Part shown: positions 11,287 through 16,803 of the stretch, one piece after another
Layout of the letters: the number at the start of each line of letters is the position of its first letter
Position numbering within the stretch: position 1 is the first letter of the stretch
Translations under genes and position numbers: made by a program
Assembly (NCBI GenBank): GCA_043228905.1
Contig: JBHGNT010000721.1
Span: forward strand, 1-16,803
Source: Azolla caroliniana
Taxonomy: Eukaryota > Plantae > Polypodiophyta
Length of the DNA: 16,803 nucleotides
Reading direction: 5' to 3'
Notes under the pieces: model-generated
The model's input: only the letters and a program-made list of their open reading frames with translations
Databases searched by the model: none
Told to the model about the DNA's origin: nothing

Positions 11287-11772
11287 TGTCGTGAATATCC
11301 GTCACTAGGCGCGGATCATGAGGCGGAACCACCGGGGTTCTGGACCGAAAGGATTCGAAATTTGCATTAACTTTAGCGAGAAAGTATTTAAGATAGATTA
11401 AAAGAGAGAGAGATTTAAACGCTTGACTTTGGGTCGAGAGAGATTGATATGGCGTGAGAGAGATAGAGAGAGATTAAGATTGGACCCTTGACTTTAGATT
11501 TAAGAAACAAGATACACCATCAATTGGAGAACGAATTTTCTCTTCTTAATTTCTTGATTAATACTTTAATACTTTTTTTTTTTCCTACTACTCTTTTATA
11601 GATGCCCCCATGCATATGATGCATGTGAGGGTACAAGACATGCATAAAATGCATGTTTGCCATTTGGCGCTCATGCATTACATGTGGTGCATGATAACCA
11701 TGTCACTCGTTTAAGCTCTCATATGAGAATTTCCATGTCAAGCTATAATGATAAAAATATAATCCCTAACGA

Positions 11773-11848
11773 AATGATTTGGCTTAGTGGTAAGCTTATC
11801 GCTTCCTATCTTGGAGGCGCAAAGTTCGAGTCTTGCTTACATCTTTTT
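11773..11848 (+). promoter_or_regulatory. tRNA-like Pol III A-box/B-box module in the solo LTR
   Basis: Consensus A-box TGGCTTAGTGG at 11780 and B-box GTTCGAGTC at 11824 within a T-arm-like stem (GCAAAG/CTTGC). Spacing 45 nt. TTTTT at 11844-11848. Confidence 0.7.
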
Positions 11849-11887
11849 CTTTTATGCACAAAATATTGTTAGGATTTTGGACAAAAT

Positions 11888-12307
11888 ATCTTTAAGACAC
11901 CATGCACCTCGATCAACCGACTCGACCGATCCGTCCGATTTGCATTCGTTTGGTTCGGCCCAGTCCGCATCACGAGTCGCTTGCCGATCACTGGACGGTT
12001 CCGCCACCGTCGCTGGTTGCCGCCGATTTTGGTTGGCCAAAACCTTTACAAGTACTGCGATCAACCGATTCGACCGATCCATCCGATTTGCATTCATTTG
12101 GTCCGGCCTAGTCCGCATCCCGAGTCGCTTGCCGGGATCAACCTTTACAAGTACCGAGATCTTTAAGACACCATGCACCGCGATCAACCGACTCGACCGA
12201 TCCGTCCGATTTGCATACGTTTGGTTCAGCCCAGTCCGCATCCCAAGTCGCATGCCGGTCACTGGACGGTTCCGCCACCATCGCAGGTTGCCGCCGGTTT
12301 TGGTTGG
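11888..12307. repeat. GC-rich tandem/modular repeats within the solo LTR U3
   Basis: An ~80-bp unit CGATCAACCGA...TTGCCG at 11910, 12058 and 12181. An ~150-bp block 11888-12036 is repeated at 12159-12307. Confidence 0.9.
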
Positions 12308-12698
12308 TACAAGTAGTTAGGACACACCCACTCATCCAATTAGCTTAGTTCAAGTCACCTTGACCTCTCTATGCTCCACACATAGACATGAAGATAATAG
12401 GTTTTGGTCTGCCTTATATATGGTGAGATCCTTATTTGTCCTGTCTGTGTGGGATATCTCATAGTTTTATCTTTCTCTTTTCCTTTGCAAACTTTCTACC
12501 CACATAACTTCTTAGATGTTTGTTTCTTATGTAGTAAACTGCATTTGAAAGCTCTTGAAAGATCTCCATCTTTTTGTACTAAGATATTAAACTTATTTAA
12601 AACAGTATTTTCACTATTATTGTTTTATATGATTCATACTCGATTTCGTATGTTTTATGCGATTTTCACACCATTGTCGAAAATCTTCACGACAGCGC

Positions 12699-12830
12699 GC
12701 ATTGAAGGTGATCGGTAGTCAACTATGACATAAACTGACTTATTAGAACAACCGGATAAATGAGGTCCGGTCAGGTGTTGGTCAGGTAGATGAGGCTTCC
12801 GATAATAAGTTAGAACCGTGTCGGCTCACA
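12699..12830 (-). pseudogene. pol: Copia RT fragment upstream of the solo-LTR insertion
   Basis: CEPTRF*LIIGSLIYLTNT*PDLIYPVVLISQFMS*LTTDHLQC matches the Copia GSL.YL..TRPD motif. Confidence 0.88.
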
Positions 12831-12832
12831 CC

Positions 12833-13087
12833 CCTTATTTGTCCTTTCTATGTGGGATATCTCACAATTTTATCTTTCTCTTTTCCTTTGCAAACTTCCT
12901 ACCCACATAACTTGAGACTTAGATGTCCATTTGTTATGTAGTAAAGTGCATTCGAAAGCTCTTGAAGACCTCCATCTTTTTGTACTAAGATATTAAACTG
13001 ATTTAAAATAGTATTTTAACTATTATTGTTTTATATGATTCATACTCAATTTCATATGTTTTATGTGATTTTCACACCATTGCCGAA
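12833..13087 (-). repeat. Truncated B-family LTR (U3 end), probable 3' LTR of C
   Basis: Colinear with ~12430-12681 and ~4562-4803. Confidence 0.85.
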
Positions 13088-13500
13088 CCGCATGTCCTCC
13101 AGTACGTTCCAAGAAGAGAGAATGTGAGATTTCGGCAATGGTGATCAGCATGATTCCTCAACGTCGAACATGTTTGTTTCTTTGTACTCGAATCATTGTT
13201 GCCACCAAATCCACCATATCATTCGTTTTTTCTTTGCTTTACCATGACTTGTTGTCATGGTCCCTTGCTCTCTTCTTGAGGATAATCGTTTAAGTCTCAT
13301 GAATGTTCCACCTTGATCTCGATCGTCTCCTTGCTCAAGGCACTTTGACTCGTTCACAGTAGTGTCTTTGATAGATGTTTTGATCACATCCTTCGGATCC
13401 TCATGGCTTGCTTGGACATCGCCATCTCTTGTCATATTTTGCTCAAACTCTTTGTTGCACATATCAACTTTAACCCTTGCTTCTTCCCCATCACTATCCT

Positions 13501-14364
13501 TCTCTTGGGTCTTACATCGGTTAATGCCCAAGTCTCTAGAACGAGTGTGGAGGAACCCATACATTTCCATCGTTCACCTTTTTTGTGCTGCACTTAGCCA
13601 TTTCCATCTTAAAGTTGCTCGAATCAGCATTGACCTTTGCTTCCTCGCCGTCGTTGATCGAATCAGCATTGACCTTTGCTTCCTCGCCGCTAGCTTCTGT
13701 CTCTTGGGTCTTACATCGGTTAATGCCCAAGTCTCTAGAACTAGTGCGGGGAAAAGCTCTTCATGGCCATTCACCATTTTCGCCTTGATGTCATTTTCCA
13801 TAGCTATTCCTTCAAACTCATGGGCCTCGTACCCATCGATCCTTTTTATTGAGCAATCCTTTATTATGCTTCTCTCTTCGCCGCATGTATTAGTTTCAAC
13901 CTTCAGTTCTTCGCCATCACCTCCTGTCTCTTGGGTCTTACATCGGTTCTCGGACGCAATTGCCCAAGTCTCTGGAACAAGTGTGGAGAAAATTTGGCTG
14001 TCGTCATTGGCTGTATTATCTTGGTCCTTCTCTTCCTTTTCGCCACCATCCATCTCTTGGGTCTCACATTAGTTCCCAGACGCAATTGCCCAAGTCTCTA
14101 GATGAAGTGTTAGGAAAGTCTCCACATGACCATCCACCATCGACTCGTTCATAGCCATCTCCGACTCGATGTTGTTTTTCGTGGCTATCTCTTCAATCTC
14201 ATGGGCCTCGCACCCATTGACCCTCTTGATCGAAAAAGCTTCAATTATGCTTCTCTCTTTAGCTTCAACCTTTGGTTCTTCACCGTCACCTCCTATCTCT
14301 TGGGTCTCACGTTGGTTAGTGGACGCAATTGCCCAAGTCTCTAGAACAAGTGCGGAGAAAATCT
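13501..14364. repeat. Five degenerate direct repeats in element C
   Basis: Core TCTCTTGGGTCT...TGCCCAAGTCTCTAGAAC.AGTG at ~13501, 13700, 13927, 14054 and 14296. Also an exact 32-bp duplication at 13619-13650 / 13658-13689. Confidence 0.88.
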
Positions 14365-15307
14365 AGCCATGGTCGTTGTCGACGCTTGTTGTTTTGTTCA
14401 TAGCCACCTCCTCGATGTAGACTTTAGTTGCTAGATCCTCTATCATGTCGACCTCACACTCTTTATCTCCCTTGATGCAAACTTCGATTTGGCTTGCTCC
14501 ATCATCTATTGTTTCGAACATGATGCATGTTCCGAAACATTTGTCCTCCTTTGAAATGGACGTCATTGTCCTCGAGTTATCATCAATTTTCTTTTCATTT
14601 AGGTTGTTTTGTTTAGATGGCTCGACTTCTTTAGATGGTCTTGTTTTCTCTATGATCGGCCTTACCAAATCAAAACCATCAAGACATTGATGACGCCTGT
14701 CGATCTTGTTGCATGCTTGCTTCACCGCAACCCAGTCCGCCACAAGGTTGTTTGCTTGGGTATCATCTTCGAGGAGAGTCCCCAACTCTCGTCTATCCTT
14801 CATGTCCACGAATTTCAAGAAGTACAAAGTCTTGTCCTCCTCCAGCAGCACTTGGTCCGTGTTGGGGAGACGACTAAACATTTGGTCGAACTCGTCGTAC
14901 ACCCTCGAGACACTCATCTTCTTATTCTTCTTTTCTATCCACTTCATCAAGTCATGTCGAGTCATCCTCGTCAAGTCTTCCGTCGCGAACTCTGCTAATA
15001 TTGCTTTCTCGAACTCTGACCATGTTGACTTCCCTTCTTGGAGCCCAATGACCCGCTTTTGGACGTTGTTGGCGACATGTCTCTTGAAGCTTGTGATTTG
15101 ACGTGCTTCGGACACGTCCCTTTGATTCATCTCCCTTTTGTATGCATCAAGAAACTTTGTAATGTTCCTTCCATCAAATTGACCCTTGAGCTCCACGACA
15201 CAGTTGACAGCTTTCTCCACGCTCGTATCGTTGTCTCGAGATCTCATCATTTGTTCAAAGATTATCATCATCTTTTTGAACTCTCCCGCTTGATTGCTTG
15301 AGGACGC
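14363..15307 (-). CDS. gag: Gag-like ORF of element C (302 aa open frame 14363..15271; native start cut by D; no zinc knuckle)
   Basis: Matches B gag from QMMRSRDND to KKIDD, then switches to an unrelated acidic tail. Homology to B extends upstream to 15307. Confidence 0.8.
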   Translation of the reverse strand, partial: ASSSNQAGEFKKMMIIFEQMMRSRDNDTSVEKAVNCVVELKGQFDGRNITKFLDAYKREMNQRDVSEARQITSFKRHVANNVQKRVIGLQEGKSTWSEFEKAILAEFATEDLTRMTRHDLMKWIEKKNKKMSVSRVYDEFDQMFSRLPNTDQVLLEEDKTLYFLKFVDMKDRRELGTLLEDDTQANNLVADWVAVKQACNKIDRRHQCLDGFDLVRPIIEKTRPSKEVEPSKQNNLNEKKIDDNSRTMTSISKEDKCFGTCIMFETIDDGASQIEVCIKGDKECEVDMIEDLATKVYIEEVAMNKTTSVDNDHG

Positions 15308-15361
15308 TGTCGTGAAGGATTTGCTTCACGATATAAAAATAGACTTGAATATTGTATTAAG

Positions 15362-15433
15362 TAACATTTGAGAGACTTGAACCCATAATCTCACACACCA
15401 AGGACGAAACATATACCATTAGGATAAGTTATT
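15362..15433 (-). promoter_or_regulatory. tRNA-like Pol III A-box/B-box module in LTR D (antisense to element)
   Basis: Minus strand TATCCTAATGG (from 15426) and GGTTCAAGTC (15383-15374). Spacing 45 nt. T5 run downstream at 15339-15335. Confidence 0.55.
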
Positions 15434-15724
15434 TTCTATAGTTATGCTTTTATCACCATACTTATGACATGTGTACCTTCATACATTAGAGCTTAGATGA
15501 GCATGATGGCTATCATGCATCACATGTAAAACATGTGCGCCAAATGGCGACCATGCATCACATGCATCACATGCATTACATGCATGCCATGCACCCCCAT
15601 ATCATCATATGCATGAGAGAACCTATAAAGAGAGGTAAGGAATTAAGGGATGGAAAAAAGAAAAAACAGGGTAATCAATCAATGAAGAGAAAGTTAGAGA
15701 AATAAGATAATAATAAAAAAAACA

Positions 15725-15797
15725 AACAAGTTAGCTTGTTGGTGAAGAGGCTCGTGTTTCCAAGTTGGAGTCAAGAGTTCAAATCAAGGGTCGGTAG
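15725..15797 (+). promoter_or_regulatory. Second A-box/B-box-like module in LTR D (sense, downstream of TATA)
   Basis: TAGCTTGTTGG at 15732 and GTTCAAATC at 15777. Spacing 46 nt. Confidence 0.45.
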
Positions 15798-15893
15798 AGA
15801 ATGTGTTCAGTTTGCGATCAAGGATTGTAAAGTTGGTAAAATGTTATATTTTTAATATACATCATGTTTATATCATATACTCTTGTTCCTTAA

Positions 15894-16040
15894 TTCATAC
15901 TTTATCTCAATCTTCCTTCTTAAATCATATTTTGTGTCTATCTTGCTTCCTTGATTCATACTTTGTCTCAATCTTCCTTCTTAAATCATATTTTGTGTCT
16001 ATCTTGCTTCTTGAATCATATATTGTCTCTATCTTCTATC
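15894..16040 (+). repeat. ~30-bp tandem repeat (61-bp dimer) in the R/U5 of LTR D
   Basis: TCATACTTT.TCTCAATCTTCCTTCTTAAA alternates with TCATATTTTGTGTCTATCTTGCTTC.TTGA, about 5 monomers. Confidence 0.85.
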
Positions 16041-16210
16041 TATTCTCATCTCTCTCACACACACACACATTACTCGTAACTCTTCTTCTTGCTACTCTTA
16101 ACCTTTCTAACATCACCATACAAGCCTTATTAAAATTTAAGTTCCTTCAACTCCCCTTAACCTGAGTCCCCGCGACTTCGCCGCACGAACCACAACTACC
16201 CCGACACATT

Positions 16211-16228
16211 TGGTGAACCCGACGTGAA
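16211..16228 (+). other. Primer-binding site of D (tRNA-Trp)
   Basis: TGGTGAACCCGACGTGAA, identical to the PBS of B. Confidence 0.9.
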
Positions 16229-16245
16229 GGCGGCGACGAGGAGAA

Positions 16246-16803
16246 ATGGAGGAGCAAATGAGGCTTATGTGTACGATGATGGAACGAGTGATGCGCGAAC
16301 AAGGGATGATGGCAAGCATCGACAAAGCCGTCGACAATATTCTCGCACGAGTAGGAATCTTCGAAGGTATAAATTTAACAAGATTTCTGAAGATTTATAA
16401 TGAAGAAATGCTTAAACGCGATGTCGACGAAGCTACAAAAATTAATAGCTTTAGTCGAGTCGCTGCGATTGGGCTACAAGAGAGGATCCAAGAGCTCCAA
16501 AGGGAGAATCAAACATGGACAACGTTCGAAAGAGCATTACTCAATGCATACAACCTCAACGATATGTCAAGGATGACAAGGCGAGCTTTCATGGATTGGG
16601 TAGAGTCTAATAAACATTTAAGTGTTTTGGAAGTATTAAAAGAGTTTTCTGAAAGATTTGAGCAACTAAATGTTAGAGATAGAAATATAATAGTGCCAGA
16701 TAAAGTAATATTGTTTCTACAAGCTACTAATATTAAAGACAGGAAGGACTTGGGAATGCTTTTAGAAGATCAGAATAGTCCAAGTGGACTTACCGAAGAT
16801 TGG
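16246..16803 (+). CDS. gag: Gag of element D, open to the window end (186 codons; absent from the ORF track because it has no stop)
   Basis: MEEQMRLMCTMMERVMREQGMMASIDKAVDNILARVGIFEGINLTRFLKIYNEEM...DKVILFLQATNIKDRKDLGMLLEDQNSPSGLTEDW, homologous to the A, B and C gag. Confidence 0.9.
   Translation, partial: MEEQMRLMCTMMERVMREQGMMASIDKAVDNILARVGIFEGINLTRFLKIYNEEMLKRDVDEATKINSFSRVAAIGLQERIQELQRENQTWTTFERALLNAYNLNDMSRMTRRAFMDWVESNKHLSVLEVLKEFSERFEQLNVRDRNIIVPDKVILFLQATNIKDRKDLGMLLEDQNSPSGLTEDW

Larger units (their letters stand above)
11287..12694 (-). mobile_element. Solo LTR of the element-B family (1408 bp) with 4-bp TSD GCGC
   Basis: 9-bp perfect terminal IR TGTCGTGAA/TTCACGACA, flanked by GCGC at 11283-11286 and 12695-12698. 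Removing it restores the Copia frame (...DHLQC-AHRIMRY). Confidence 0.93.
9636..12830 (-). mobile_element. Ty1/Copia LTR retrotransposon, 3' part (5'-truncated), containing a solo-LTR insertion
   Basis: RT C-terminus and RNase H motifs, PPT and 3' LTR in Copia order. Confidence 0.9.
12833..15307 (-). mobile_element. Element C: non-autonomous B-family element (3' LTR remnant, repeat region, gag); 5' end displaced by element D
   Basis: 12833-13087 matches the LTR segment ~12430-12681. The gag closely matches B. No pol between gag and LTR. Confidence 0.75.
15308..16206 (+). repeat. 5' LTR of element D (899 bp)
   Basis: Starts tgtcgtgaag where B-gag homology stops, ends ccgaca 4 nt before the PBS. 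TATAAA at 15624-15629. Confidence 0.88.
15308..16803 (+). mobile_element. Element D: plus-strand Gypsy-type LTR retrotransposon, 5' part; continues off the right edge
   Basis: LTR TGTCG...CGACA, perfect Trp PBS, open gag. Inserted within the first codons of the C gag. Confidence 0.92.

Noticed and set aside
11787-12335. ORFs of 136-177 aa inside the solo LTR
   Set aside because: They are produced by stop-poor GC-rich tandem repeats and are not present in the homologous LTR B.
13501-14364. Repeat-spacer pattern resembling a CRISPR array
   Set aside because: The repeats are long and degenerate, spacing is irregular (~125-245 bp), the spacers are partly homologous to each other, there are no cas genes, and the context is eukaryotic TE.
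35-15301. Many plus-strand ORFs (35..373, 2326..2640, 2746..3090, 2961..3329, 13362..14072, 14609..15101 and others)
   Set aside because: These are antisense shadows of gag/pol or of purine-biased repeats, Ser/Phe/Leu-rich with no domain.
2172-15797. Calling the tRNA-like modules functional tRNA genes
   Set aside because: Acceptor stems pair poorly and the anticodon arms differ between copies. Only the A/B boxes, spacing and partial D/T arms are kept.

Overview
A gene-free, plant-like nest of LTR retrotransposons. The element types suggest a moss or other non-seed plant, which is an inference. Left to right: (A) 5' part of a minus-strand Gypsy-type element (gag pseudogene 1-1596, tRNA-Trp PBS, 5' LTR 1614-2349), inserted into the gag of (B), a related minus-strand element (gag 2350-3665, Trp PBS, 5' LTR 3733-4816). 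B is inserted into (E), an unclassified GC-rich repeat with an LTR-like end (4817-~6825). Old AT-rich TE debris follows, including a possible hAT-like MITE, then a decayed chromovirus/Tcn1-like RT (9178-9635). That RT is cut by a Copia element (3' LTR 9636-10177, RT/RNase H to 12830), which carries a B-family solo LTR (11287-12694, 4-bp TSD GCGC). Next is (C), a non-autonomous B-family element (LTR remnant, repeat region, gag 14363-15307), interrupted by (D), a plus-strand element (LTR 15308-16206, Trp PBS, gag open to the window end). Main observations: all four complete Gypsy-type LTRs carry an antisense tRNA-like Pol III A-box/B-box module with identical 45-nt spacing just upstream of an RY-rich Pol II promoter, and all four of their insertion sites are N-CG-N tetramers.
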